From the NCBI GenBank assembly GCA_964035545.1, contig CAXIUT010000073.1, positions 372,001-436,000 on the forward strand: a stretch of 64,000 bases of DNA, in the 5' to 3' direction. This DNA comes from Bugula neritina (lineage: Eukaryota > Animalia > Bryozoa). Made by a program: the position numbers and the translations under genes. This document shows positions 46,101-59,200 of this stretch, in pieces (positions within the stretch are counted from its first letter, which is position 1; every line of letters starts with the position of its first letter). The notes below the pieces were generated by a model that was not told the DNA's origin, did no database searches, and worked only from the letters and a program-made list of their open reading frames with translations.

Positions 46101-49100
46101 TGCAGCGCCATTTCACAGTGTTATATTTTGCCAGAGCAATAACTAATTTTAGATGCCTTTGCAAACATATGAGAAATAAATGAGTCATTCTATGAAAAGA
46201 GGTGTTTGCAGCACTTGTCCACTTTTGATTTACACGCGGCATGGAAACTTTTGTAGTTTTAAATAATGTCTCCAAATTCATCACTTGCATGTGTTTAGAT
46301 ACTTGATGAAAATTTTCATGCAAAACTTGATGCCTGCTTCAAAGACACCAGTGCTTAATTACTGTGTTAACTGTATTGGCACGTTGCCATGAGATATTTG
46401 GTAATATTTCGCATCACAACAAACTCTTCAGAAAGTTAAGAAAATCAGTCTAGAAAGTTAATGAAATAAACCTACCAGAGAGAGTAAGCCAGATGTAACA
46501 AGTAGATCCAAAACAAGTTGATAAACAATTGAAGTTGAAGTCTCCATGTAGTCAACACGTTAGTCCTAATGTCAAATGCAAACGTCTGCAACCAAACTGT
46601 GTAGACTTCATGAGCTGGTTAGCTGACAGGAGAGATTAAAGTTCTTAACTCTTGTGTGTATAGTGATGCCCATCTTGAACCAGAGATGGCTGACTGAAGA
46701 CTGCTACTTTGTGAAAATTGACAATGCATATTATTATTATTCATTGTTGAGATTCACGACTGCCATAAACAATGATAAAATATTCATTGTTGGTACTACT
46801 GAGTAGAATAAAATATAATATAATATTATTTTCTGGACAGATAAATAATATCAAATGCATATTATAACTTACCATAAATATACAGTGCTTCACATCTTCA
46901 CCTTTTTCTGCAATGTTATTTCTTTGCAGTTAGAAGTACTAGCTGAATATATGACTATGAAACATAACCCTTCAATTTCATTGCACCAGCACCAGTTGCA
47001 AGATAGGTGTATTGAGAGATATCTTTCCCAAAATTTTGTTCTTGGTGTTTATACGAAGCAGACACAGGCTAATATTAGTTTTGTTATTTGCAAGAGTTTT
47101 TCTGTCTGATTGTCCATCAGCAAAAGTTTGCGCCTTGCAGTTATTATGGAAATACCAGTGATGCTGGAAGACCTTTGCATTGTACACCCGCCTTGACTAT
47201 TGAAGTTAGATGTTTTATTTTCCCATCCCCTCTCCCGCCCCCCTGTCCCCTCTAACAACCGGCAATCCTGACTCATGTGAATTGTGTTATTGTTCTAGAG
47301 TTGGCCCATGGGCCTACAGTATACGATTTGAAGCTTTATAGTTTACAGGCAGTCGAGATGAGTCACTGCTGAAACCCATTTTATTAGTAGACTATATTGC
47401 TCTTCAATCATCAGTTTTCATATTAAAACAGAAAGCTCATCTGCAGCGCCATTTCACAGTGTTATATTTTGCTAGAGCAATAACTAATTTTAGATGCCTT
47501 TGCAAACATATGAGAAATAAATGAGTCATTCTATGAAAAGAGGTGTTTGCAGCACTTGTCCACTTTTGATTTACACGCGGCATCGAAACTTTTGTAGTTT
47601 TAAATAATGTCTCCAAATTCATCACTTGCATGTGTTTAGATACTTGATGAAAATGTTTATGCAAAATTTGATGCCTGCTTCAAAGACACCAGTGCTTAAT
47701 TACTGTGTTAACTGTATTGGCACGTTGCCATGAGATATTTGGTAATATTTCGCATCACAACAAACTCTTCAGAAAGTTAAGAAAATCAGTCTAGAAAGTT
47801 AATGAAATAAACCTACCAGAGAGAGTAAGCCAGATGTAACAAGTAGATCCAAAACAAGTTGATTAACAATTGAAGTTGAAGTCTCGATGTAGTCAACACT
47901 TTAGTCCTAACGTCAAATGCTAACGTCTGCAACCAAACTGTGAAGACTTCATGAGCTGGTTAGCTGACAGGACACATTAAAGTTCTTAACTCTTGTGTGT
48001 ATAGTGATGCCCATCTTGAACTAGAGATGGCTGACTGAAGACTGCTACTTTGTGAAAATTGACAATGCATATTATTATTATTCATTGTTGAGATTCACGA
48101 CTGCCATAAACAATGATAAAATATTCATTGTTGGTACTACTGAGTAGAATAAAATATAATATAATATTATTTTCTGGACAGATAAATAATATCAAATGCA
48201 TATTATAACTTACCATAAATCTACAGTGCTTCACATCTTCACCTTTTTCTGCAATGTTATTTCTTTGCAGTTAGAAGTACTAGCTGAATATGTGACTATG
48301 AAACATAACCCTTCAATTTCATTGCACCAGCACCAGTTGCAAGATAGGTGTATTGAGAGTTATCTTTCCCAAAATTTTGTTCTTGGTGTTTATACGAAGC
48401 AGACACAGGCTAATATTAGTTTTGTTATTTGCAAGAGTTTTTCTGTCTGATTGTCCATCAGCAAAAGTTTGCGCCTTGCAGTTATTATGGAAATACCAGT
48501 GATGCTGGAAGACCTTTGCATTGTACACCCGCCTTGACTATTGAAGTTAGATGTTTTATTTTCCCATCCCCTCTCCCGCCCCCCTGTCCCCTCTAACAAC
48601 CGGCAATCCTGACTCATGTGAATTGTGTTATTGTTCTAGAGTTGGCCCATGGGCCTACAGTATACGATTTGAAGCTTTATAGTTTACAGGCAGTCGAGAT
48701 GAGTCACTGCTGAAACCCATTTTATTAGTAGACTATATTGCTCTTCAATCATCAGTTTTCATATTAAAACAGAAAGCTCATCTGCAGCGCCATTTCACAG
48801 TGTTATATTTTGCTAGAGCAATAACTAATTTTAGATGCCTTTGCAAACATATGAGAAATAAATGAGTCATTCTATGAAAAGAGGTGTTTGCAGCACTTGT
48901 CCACTTTTGATTTACACGCGGCATCGAAACTTTTGTAGTTTTAAATAATGTCTCCAAATTCATCACTTGCATGTGTTTAGATACTTGATGAAAATGTTTA
49001 TGCAAAATTTGATGCCTGCTTCAAAGACACCAGTGCTTAATTACTGTGTTAACTGTATTGGCACGTTGCCATGAGATATTTGGTAATATTTCGCATCACA

Positions 49101-49624
49101 ACAAACTCTTCAGAAAGTTAAGAAAATCAGTCTAGAAAGTTAATGAAATAAACCTACCAGAGAGAGTAAGCCAGATGTAACAAGTAGATCCAAAACAAGT
49201 TGATTAACAATTGAAGTTGAAGTCTCGATGTAGTCAACACTTTAGTCCTAACGTCAAATGCTAACGTCTGCAACCAAACTGTGAAGACTTCATGAGCTGG
49301 TTAGCTGACAGGACACATTAAAGTTCTTAACTCTTGTGTGTATAGTGATGCCCATCTTGAACTAGAGAGGGCTGACTGAAGACTGCTACTTTGTGAAAAT
49401 TGACAATGCATATTATTATTATTCATTGTTGAGATTCACGACTGCCATAAACAATGATAAAATATTCATTGTTGGTACTACTGAGTAGAATAAAATATAA
49501 TATAATATTATTTTCTGGAAAGATAAATAATATCAAATGCATATTATAACTTACCATAAATCTACAGTGCTTCACATCTTCACCTTTTTCTGCAATGTTA
49601 TTTCTTTGCAGTTAGAAGTACTAG
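40121..49624. repeat. Tandem macrosatellite, subfamily B, ~7 monomers of 1341 bp
   Basis: 1341-bp steps (41614, 42955, 44296, 45637, 46978, 48319); diagnostic small deletions and substitutions versus A, e.g. CAGTTGCAAGATAG and GGCCCATGGGCC. Confidence 0.96.
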
Positions 49625-50258
49625 TAGTGGGGGTGCCAACATGCAAAAATGGGCGGGTGGAGCACATCAATACTAACCTTTGTTGCTATATATCACTGCA
49701 AAGCTAACATTCTACTGATCTCAGATCTGCGAGTACCTTTTTTGTATCTGGGGGGGTTCTCTCGTGAGAGGGGTGGATATACAGGGGTTCAGCATTTTTC
49801 AAGGGGGGACTATGGAACTCTAAATATTTAATTTTTTGAGTAGTTTAGGTTTGAAATTAAAAATATTTTCAAGAAAGGCTGTACACATATGAAACTTTCT
49901 CTAACAAAATTTTTGACCAAAAATAAAAAATTGGGCGGAGCCTATAATACGACAAACTACTTTTTTGCATATACCTGGTATTCTCTAAACTGCTACTTTT
50001 CTGTTCTAGCATTTAGAATGTTGATTTTTGGTATGAAAATACTCTATTGTGTTTTGATAATGCTCTCCGGTTTTCATTACATTCTGAACTATATAACTTC
50101 TTTCCCAACCATAACAAATAAAAAACATAAAACGGGAGTTATCTCCTCCGTTATAAATTATTGCATTTCTACCCAATAATTTTGCTCTTTGTTGATAGAA
50201 ACAACATCAGCATAATAAAAATGTATTCTTAGTGTATTTATATTAGCTTATTGGCTTA
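49625..50258 (+). repeat. Left TIR (~634 bp) of the Academ element
   Basis: Reverse complement of 55612-56245, colinear with no net indel and scattered substitutions. Confidence 0.92.
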
Positions 50259-50577
50259 TTTTGAATAATTGCTTACAATCAATACTATTAATATTCAATA
50301 TTTACTGTATAAATTAAGTGTCAGCAATAATTAACAGACCACTAATATTCGATTTTTTATCCATAAGTATAGTAACATAAAATATGGTTCATAAAAAAGT
50401 TATATTATGATTTCAGCATCATAAGCAATTACTATGCTCTTTTATATCAGATATTGGTTGAAATTTTTAATTGTATTTATTTATAAATAAGATAGTATTT
50501 AAATTTTAATTTACAATAGATCAAGCTTTATTACAAAGTTTTGTTATCTCTAGCGTTTATATACCAAAATAAATGTA

Positions 50578-53500
50578 TTATAATTCTTCATCAGAACTGT
50601 CTTTGTTGCCATCATCATCATGATTAGGCTCTTCGTTTGAAAAAGAAGACTGGCCACTTTTGTTGTTGCAATCGAAACATTCACATAAACCACAGCATTT
50701 CATCATCAGGCGCTTGCATTTGCATGCTTTACTCTTACAGCCTGCTTTTTTGCATTTACATGCTGTTAAAATCACATCTGCATTACTCTCAAAATCATAT
50801 TTTATTGGAGTCAAGTTAGTATCCCAACCATGGTCAAAAACTGGCTGATGAAGTAAAATAGGTGTTAAAGCAAGCTGCCAAAGTGTAACTTGATAGTTGG
50901 CTCGTTTCACGTGATATTTTAGGGAATTCCTGCTAGGTGGTAGCTGTGCTTCACTGGAGACATTTTTTAAAGCCAATATTTTGTATCTTGCTTCAGTGAT
51001 ATCATCATAGGCACCGTATAGGTTGGAGACAAATCGTTCACACTCCAAGTATGTTTCATCTGATAATGGGGACCAATCATCAGAACCTAAAGACAGATTA
51101 TAGCTTTCCTTTTCAAGTACCTCCAAAGCACGCTTTTTAGATATTCGGAAGATAGAACTTACTGAGTCACAACCTGTAAGTGCATGGAGTGATAACAGAT
51201 TCTTGAGAACTTTTTGTGGAATGTTTTTGGCCAATTCAGAAAGAGATATATATCTTCTGTGACTCCCCATTCCAACAAAAATTACTACATCTTTTTTAGC
51301 CTGCTCAGTTAAAACATTACTAAGATGGTGAAGCGCAATAATAGCAACATCGGTATCTACTGATCTTATTACTACCAAATCGTAATCACTCAGTGCATCA
51401 GCTGCGTGAAGGATTAATCTCGTGTCTGCTTCATCATGATTGGATTTCAATTTGTTACAATTGTAACGATAGTTGTTTTGCAGAACACAGACTTCTTTGG
51501 CGCTGCACACTAAAAATGTACCAGCTGGAATTTTCTCAATATGTCTACTCCACACCTTCACTATGTAATCTACCAACTCATTTTTGTTGTGAATATTGCT
51601 CAGAAAAGCACTCCAGTTTTTAGGAACAGGCACGTTGTCATGAATAATGGAAATAGAGCACATCTGTTGGGCACCCCGTCTAATACGCTCTTGTGCTTTA
51701 ATTGATGTTTCAGAATACACGTCAAACACTACATCAACCCTTGTATATCCTTTGCCACATTCAAGAAATATTTCCAACATCTTCAGAGCGTAGTTATAAA
51801 AAGTGCCTGATGTTTTTGTCGAGTGAAGTATGCACATACCATCAATAATGATGGATTTGTTGGTGGACAGTTGACTATCATCATTGGAGACCCTGTTTCC
51901 AAGATATTTCTGTTCCAAAATATGCATTAGTTGCGATTTGCATGTTTTTCTCATCTGTCCGTTTTCAGTAAAGAGAGCAAGAGGAATGGGGCCAATTTCT
52001 TTCTCTAGAACTGTATGCAAATCTACTTCTCGGCTTTTGGCACTTATGAGAAGTTTAGCAAATGATATTTTAGGAACTTTTGGTTTAATGGCCGGTTGAA
52101 GTGATTTAGCCACAAAGTCAAAGGAAGGGATTTTAAGCCGGTGAATAGCAGTGTAAAATGGTTTTATTGCATTCACAAGTCTATCTTGAATAAACTTTTG
52201 AGCCGTTTCTGCTCCCTGAGCCATAGCAGTCACTATTGACAAGGAGGTCTCCGCATCGGGACTTACTCCAGTAGCAATATTGATAAGTTCAGTTGAATTA
52301 TTGCTAAACAACTTAACATCAAACTGCTGTAATGTAAAAAGAATTGCTTGTATATCAATCTCATCCTTCATAGTTGTAATGATTGTGTCTTCCTTGTGTA
52401 GTGTTGATGGCTGTGAGGCTATTTGGCAAAAATCCTTTTGCAAAGAAAGCAGTTGGGCTCTGATATGACTAGTTAAGAACCATTTTGTCCGAGCTTCTTC
52501 GTGGTTGCTGATGCCAATAATACCTCCAGATGTTTTACTGTCTCGGTTCAAAGTTTGCTCCAAGACCTGATCTGGAGCCATACCTGCAAATTTTTTTCCT
52601 GTCCTGTTTACGGTGAATGAACCCTTTGCAAACATTCCATAAACTTCTGGAGCAGATTCAGGCAAATTTAGCATATCAATAAGGTATATAGGCAGCCACC
52701 TTGAGTAGTTTGTACGATCATACGCAAAAAATACTGGTAGCATTGCCTGCATGCTGTCCAAATATAATTGCCAGTTACCACTACGCTCAGCTCGAATAAA
52801 TCCCAACATGGCTTCTACTGCATGAAGGTAGGAATTCCAGAACATTGAAAGGTTAGATTTTAATTTAGTATCAGAATCAAACTTTTTTATAGCAGTAGCA
52901 ACTTTATCTGCAACAGTGGTCCATTCACGTAAGTCATCATCAGTGGAAATATTATGAGAATCTAATGGGTCAAACTGATCATTTTCATGAAGCCATTCCG
53001 AAAGAGATTTTAGTTTCTGCCTTGATATTGCCTCATACAAAATCTTGTGTGCCCGTACACCTCTGTTATAATGCTTACCACATAGCACCTGTTTTACTGT
53101 AACTTCAGAATATATATCACTGTGCACAAGAACTTGGGCGAGGCCGCTTGATTTTACCATTGTGCCAAGTGCTGCGATGTAATTCATCAGGATATGAAAA
53201 CCGCCCATTCGAATTATTGTGTTTGAAAATTCAGTTGGTTTGTTCCATTGAATCTCTTTGGCAATCTTGTAGATAGCTTGGTCAAATGTAATTACTGAAT
53301 GTTTCTGCTTTAAAACTTCCATAGTTTTCTTTAGCTGCAGAAGAATTGTATAAATTGTTGATGGATCTGTTGATGGTGCATTAATCATTGGGCAATACCC
53401 AATGACTGATCTTTTATTATCTTCTGTGGCAACCAAATTTCTTACATTAAAGCTACTCCAGCTGGGGCAGTTATGTGTAGAAGGATTTATATCCAATTGA

Positions 53501-55442
53501 AATAGTTTGATTGGGGCAAGTCTTGCCAATAGCCATGCTGTGTTTAGATTACATGAATCCTCAAGTGACTTTTTCATATTCAGCAATGTTTCTTGACTAA
53601 GTTTTGTGATTGCCCTAGATTCTCGAAAAGCTGGGGGATCGATTTTTGGTTTTCTAAGTTCAATAAATTTGATTTCCTGTAGCTGTCTGCAAGAATCAGT
53701 GCTCAGTGATCTTTCTCTAGTTCTAATGATTGTCTTCATTTCAGCTCCAATAGAACCTTCCTGAATCAAAATCATTGTGGTGCCATGTGTTGTATTCTTT
53801 CCGTCAACCGTGTCTTCCAAAAAATCATCATTGTCTGCTGCTGCTTGTATAAAGCCATGTGATGCTGGTCGAATATTGGATGGAATCACAACTCCACGAT
53901 CAACTGCCGAGTTTATTTCATTAACCGCTGCCGCCGTTTCTAATCTCAACAATTCCGTGTATGAACAACTGTGGCCTAGTTTATTTAGTTGCTCAATAAC
54001 CTGCTTGCTTCCAGTTAAATGTCTTACTGCTGTTCCCAATAAAACTTGCTTAGGGGTGATTTTGTTTGTCACTGATGCAATGATATCATGTGCAATAGCT
54101 GATTTCCCAGGCTCCTTTGTTCCAAGTTCATCAAGAAATAACCTGAGACTATTTGGGATCACACTCTGTAAGCTCTCTAAGCATATGTTGAAGGTTTCTG
54201 TTTGTTTCCAGGCATTTATTATGTCATTGCGAATTATATGTGATATTTCTTTTATGCTATCTGCTTCCGTAGTCTGTTTAGGTGGTTTAATCTTTGATGA
54301 ATATGATGAATTGATTATATCATGAACTTTCAATTTGCTATGCAAAATTATTTTTTCATTTTTTCCAAGATCAATTACTGAAACCCTGTCACTAAATTGT
54401 GATTTGAACGATCTCATGATGCTGTAGCTCCTTCTTTCATTGTCATCTGTTAAAACACGATATCTGTTGATAATTTCTTCTTCCCTAAAAGCTCTACCCT
54501 GTTCTAGCTCAATTCGAATTTCTTCAAAAATTTCTTCAATTTGATCTTGAACACAGCTTTTCTTACCGCCACTGGTAGAAGGGCAATATTTATTTAATTT
54601 TGCTTCATAGATGAAGTTAGTATAGCACTTTTTGTGATATTTTACCTCCGCTGCAACAAGGTCAATGTTAAGCAGTCTCCCTCGGATTACTTGATTGCTG
54701 CATTGTTCAATAGTTTCTTCTATTTTAAAATTAGCTTTGTCTGTTGAGAAAGCCACCAGGTTGCCTTTTCTCCAAGTTTGTGACTGACAGAACACACATA
54801 ATTTATTATCAAATGACAAATACTGCTGACTCCGTGTTTTCTTTACTGGGGAAAATGAGTGATCTGAATCTGCTTGTTCTGTAGACACTGTGGGAGTTGA
54901 CACCTTTCTTCTGCGATGTGTATAGCAAGATTTGTGATATACAATTTCATCTTCATTCTTTTTTACCTAGAATGTGGTTATGAACAGGCTTATATATGAA
55001 GGATGTATAAAGTTAAATATATAATAAATATTTATGCTGCAGTTTACTAAAACAAATATGAAAAGGTGGATATTTACTACTAACCTGACTTAATTCATTT
55101 GCAGTTAGTGTTGTTTGCACTGTACTTATATTCTTGGCTTTAACCACTTTTTCATCAGTTACTTGACAGCAATAAACACATTTGCTTGGTCTGTAATGGT
55201 ACAGGAATTCTTTGGCACTGGCAAAATTCTGTAATTACATCACCATAGATGGTAAATACATGCTAGCATAACAGAAGACAAAGCAGAAAGTTTTAGTATG
55301 CATTAGAATTTAGATGCTTGGAATTTTAGCATTAGTATTTTTAGCCAATAGCAGACTAAATTAAATCAAAAGTTGGATTATAAAATAGACATCTTTAAAC
55401 ACATGTTTTATTATATTAGAAAAATAAGATTTTACTTACCAT
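50578..55442 (-). CDS. Academ transposase/XPG-like nuclease, predicted 3 exons (55442-55440, 55228-55085, 54966-50578), ~1511 aa
   Basis: 1441-aa ORF with DNDDF..H.T, TFDQAIY, MGGFH, D..LEQT.NR (transposase), IIDG, VVFD.Y, HDEADTR, DTDV, TGCDS (XPG/FEN-like) and a C-terminal CXC Cys cluster; upstream GT-AG introns keep the frame. Splice model is predicted only. Confidence 0.88.
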
Positions 55443-55611
55443 GATATGTGATGATTCACATTTTCTTGAACTGAGAATACTGAAGCATGCTGCCTTTACA
55501 TGATGTCAAGGTCAAGGGTATTAGGCAATTTCAAGAGATGAAAAATCTCAAATTTGGGTGAAAGGGGAATTATTCAAATTTTCTATTCAAAATGAGCTAA
55601 CATAAATACAC

Positions 55612-56245
55612 TAAGCTAATAAGCTAATATAAATACACTAAGAATACATTTTTATTATGCTGATGTTGTTTCTATCAACAAAGAGCAATATTATTGGGTA
55701 GAAATGCAATAATTTATAACGAAGGAGATAACTCCCGTTTTATGGTTTTTATTTGTTATGGTTGGGAAAGAAGTTATATAGTTCAGAATGTAATGAAAAC
55801 TGGAGAACATTATTAGAACACAATAGGGTATTTTCATACCAAAAATCAACATTCTAAATGCTAGAACAGAAAAGTAGCAGTTTAGAGAATATCAGGTATA
55901 TGCAAAAAAGTAGTTTGTCATATTATAGGCTCCGCCCACTTTTTTATTTTTGGTCAAAAATTTTGTTAGAGAAAGTTTCATATGTGTACAGCCTTTCTTG
56001 AAAATATTTTTAATTTCAAACCTAAACTACTCAAAAAATTAAATATTTAGAGTTCCATAGTCCCCCCTTGAAAAATGCTGAACCCCTGTATATCCACCCC
56101 TCTCACGAGAGAACCCCCCCAGATACAAAAAAGGTACTCGCAGATCTGAGATCAGTAGAATGTTAGCTTTTCAGTGATATATAGCAACAAAGGTTAGTAT
56201 TGATGTGCTCCACCCGCCCATTTTTGCATGTTGGCACCCCCACTA
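55612..56245 (-). repeat. Right TIR (~634 bp) of the Academ element
   Basis: Ends ...GGCACCCCCACTA, the reverse complement of the left terminus TAGTGGGGGTGCC. Confidence 0.92.
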
Positions 56246-59200
56246 TAGCTGAATATATGACTATGAAACATAACCCTTCAATTTCATTGCACCAGCACCA
56301 GTTGCAAGATAGGTGTGTTGGGAGTTATCTTTCCTAAAAATTTGTTCTTGGTGTTTATACGAAGCAGACACAGGCTAATATTAGTTTTGTTATTTGCAAG
56401 AGTTTTTCTGTCTGATTGTCCATCAGCAAAAGTTTGCGCCTTGCAGTTATTATGGAAATACCAGTGATGCTGGAAGACCTTTGCATTGTACACCCGCCTT
56501 GACTATTGAAGTTAGATGTTTTATTTTCCCATCCCCTCTCCCGCCCCCCCGTCCCCTCTAAAAACCGGCAATCCTGACTCATGTGAATTGTGTTATTGTT
56601 CTAGAGTTGGCCCATGGGCCTACAGTATACGATTTGAAGCTTTATAGTTTACAGGCAGTCGAGATGAGTCACTGCTGAAACCCATTTTATTAGTAGACTA
56701 TATTGCTCTTCAATCATCAGTTTTCATATTAAACGAGAAAGCTCATCTGCAGCGCCATTTCACAGTGTTATATTTTGCCAGAGCAATAACTAATTTTAGA
56801 TGCCTTTGCAAACATATGAGAAATAAATGAGTCATTCTATGAAAAGAGGTGTTTGCAGCACTTGTCCACTTTTGATTTACACGCGGCATGGAAACTTTTG
56901 TAGTTTTAAATAATGTCTCCAAATTCATCACTTGCATGTGTTTAGATACTTGATGAAAATTTTCATGCAAAACTTGATGCCTGCTTCAAAGACACCAGTG
57001 CTTAATTACTGTGTTAACTGTATTGGCACGTTGCCATGAGATATTTGGTAATATTTCGCATCACAACAAACTCTTCAGAAAGTTAAGAAAATCAGTCTAG
57101 AAAGTTAATGAAATAAACCTACCAGAAAGAGTAAGCCAGATGTAACAAGTAGATCCAAAACAAGTTGATAAACAATTGAAGTTGAAGTCTCCATGTAGTC
57201 AACACGTTAGTCCTAATGTCAAATGCAAACGTCTGCAACCAAACTGTGTAGACTTCATGAGCTGGTTAGCTGACAGGAGAGATTAAAGTTCTTAACTCTT
57301 GTGTGTATAGTGATGCCCATCTTGAACCAGAGATGGCTGACTGAAGACTGCTACTTTGTGAAAATTGACAATGCATATTATTATTATTCATTGTTGAGAT
57401 TCACGACTGCCATAAACAATGATAAAATATTCATTGTTGGTACTACTGAGTAGAATAAAATATAATATAATATTATTTTCTGGACAGATAAATAATATCA
57501 AATGCATATTATAACTTACCATAAATATACAGTGCTTCACATCTTCACCTTTTTCTGCAATGTTATTTCTTTGCAGTTAGAAGTACTAGCTGAATATATG
57601 ACTATGAAACATAACCCTTCAATTTCATTGCACCAGCACCAGTTGCAAGATAGGTGTATTGAGAGATATCTTTCCCAAAATTTTGTTCTTGGTGTTTATA
57701 CGAAGCAGACACAGGCTAATATTAGTTTTGTTATTTGCAAGAGTTTTTCTGTCTGATTGTCCATCAGCAAAAGTTTGCGCCTTGCAGTTATTATGGAAAT
57801 ACCAGTGATGCTGGAAGACCTTTGCATTGTACACCCGCCTTGACTATTGAAGTTAGATGTTTTATTTTCCCATCCCCTCTCCCGCCCCCCTGTCCCCTCT
57901 AACAACCGGCAATCCTGACTCATGTGAATTGTGTTATTGTTCTAGAGTTGGCCCATGGGCCTACAGTATACGATTTGAAGCTTTATAGTTTACAGGCAGT
58001 CGAGATGAGTCACTGCTGAAACCCATTTTATTAGTAGACTATATTGCTCTTCAATCATCAGTTTTCATATTAAAACAGAAAGCTCATCTGCAGCGCCATT
58101 TCACAGTGTTATATTTTGCCAGAGCAATAACTAATTTTAGATGCCTTTGCAAACATATGAGAAATAAATGAGTCATTCTATGAAAAGAGGTGTTTGCAGC
58201 ACTTGTCCACTTTTGATTTACACGCGGCATCGAAACTTTTGTAGTTTTAAATAATGTCTCCAAATTCATCACTTGCATGTGTTTAGATACTTGATGAAAA
58301 TGTTTATGCAAAATTTGATGCCTGCTTCAAAGACACCAGTGCTTAATTACTGTGTTAACTGTATTGGCACGTTGCCATGAGATATTTGGTAATATTTCGC
58401 ATCACAACAAACTCTTCAGAAAGTTAAGAAAATCAGTCTAGAAAGTAAATGAAATAAACCTACCAGAGAGAGTAAGCCAGATGTAACAAGTAGATCCAAA
58501 ACAAGTTGATTAACAATTGAAGTTGAAGTCTCGATGTAGTCAACACTTTAGTCCTAACGTCAAATGCTAACGTCTGCAACCAAACTGTGAAGACTTCATG
58601 AGCTGGTTAGCTGACAGGACACATTAAAGTTCTTAACTCTTGTGTGTATAGTGATGCCCATCTTGAACTAGAGAGGGCTGACTGAAGACTGCTACTTTGT
58701 GAAAATTGACAATGCATATTATTATTATTCATTGTTGAGATTCACGACTGCCATAAACAATGATAAAATATTCATTGTTGGTACTACTGAGTAGAATAAA
58801 ATATAATATAATATTGTTTTCTGGACAGAAAAGTAATATCAAATGCATATTATAACTTACCATAAATCTACAGTGCTTCACATCTTCACCTTTTCCTGCA
58901 ATTTTATTTCTTTGCAGTTAGAAGTAGTAGCTGAATATATGACGATGAAACATAACCCTTCAATTTCATTGCACCAGCACCAGTTGCAAGATAGGTGTGT
59001 TGGGAGTTATCTTTCCTAAAAATTTGTTCTTGGTGTTTATACGAAGCAGACACAGGCTAATATTAGTTTTGTTATTTGCAAGAGTTTTTCTGTCTGATTG
59101 TCCATCAGCAAAAGTTTGCGCCTTGCAGTTATTATGAAAATACCAGTGATGCTGGAAGACCTTTGCATTGTACACCCGCCTTTACTATTGAATTTAGATG

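Larger units (their letters stand above)
49625..56245 (-). mobile_element. Autonomous Academ (AcademX-type) DNA transposon, 6,621 bp, 3-bp TSD TAG (49622-24 / 56246-48)
   Basis: 5'-TAG...CTA-3' termini, long TIRs and 3-bp TSD (48319+1341+6621+3=56284 restores phase); single large transposase + XPG-like + Cys-rich protein. Confidence 0.9.

Noticed and set aside
49625-49626. TA target duplication (Tc1/mariner-like) or CACTA/Harbinger assignment for the second element
   Set aside because: The empty site GTACTAGCTG and array phase require a 3-bp TAG duplication with TAG...CTA termini; CACTA appears only at the 3' end in the wrong orientation; the protein architecture is Academ-like.
49649-54325. 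Plus-strand ORFs in the Academ TIR and opposite the transposase
   Set aside because: They lie in the TIR or antisense to the long ORF, and show no motifs.
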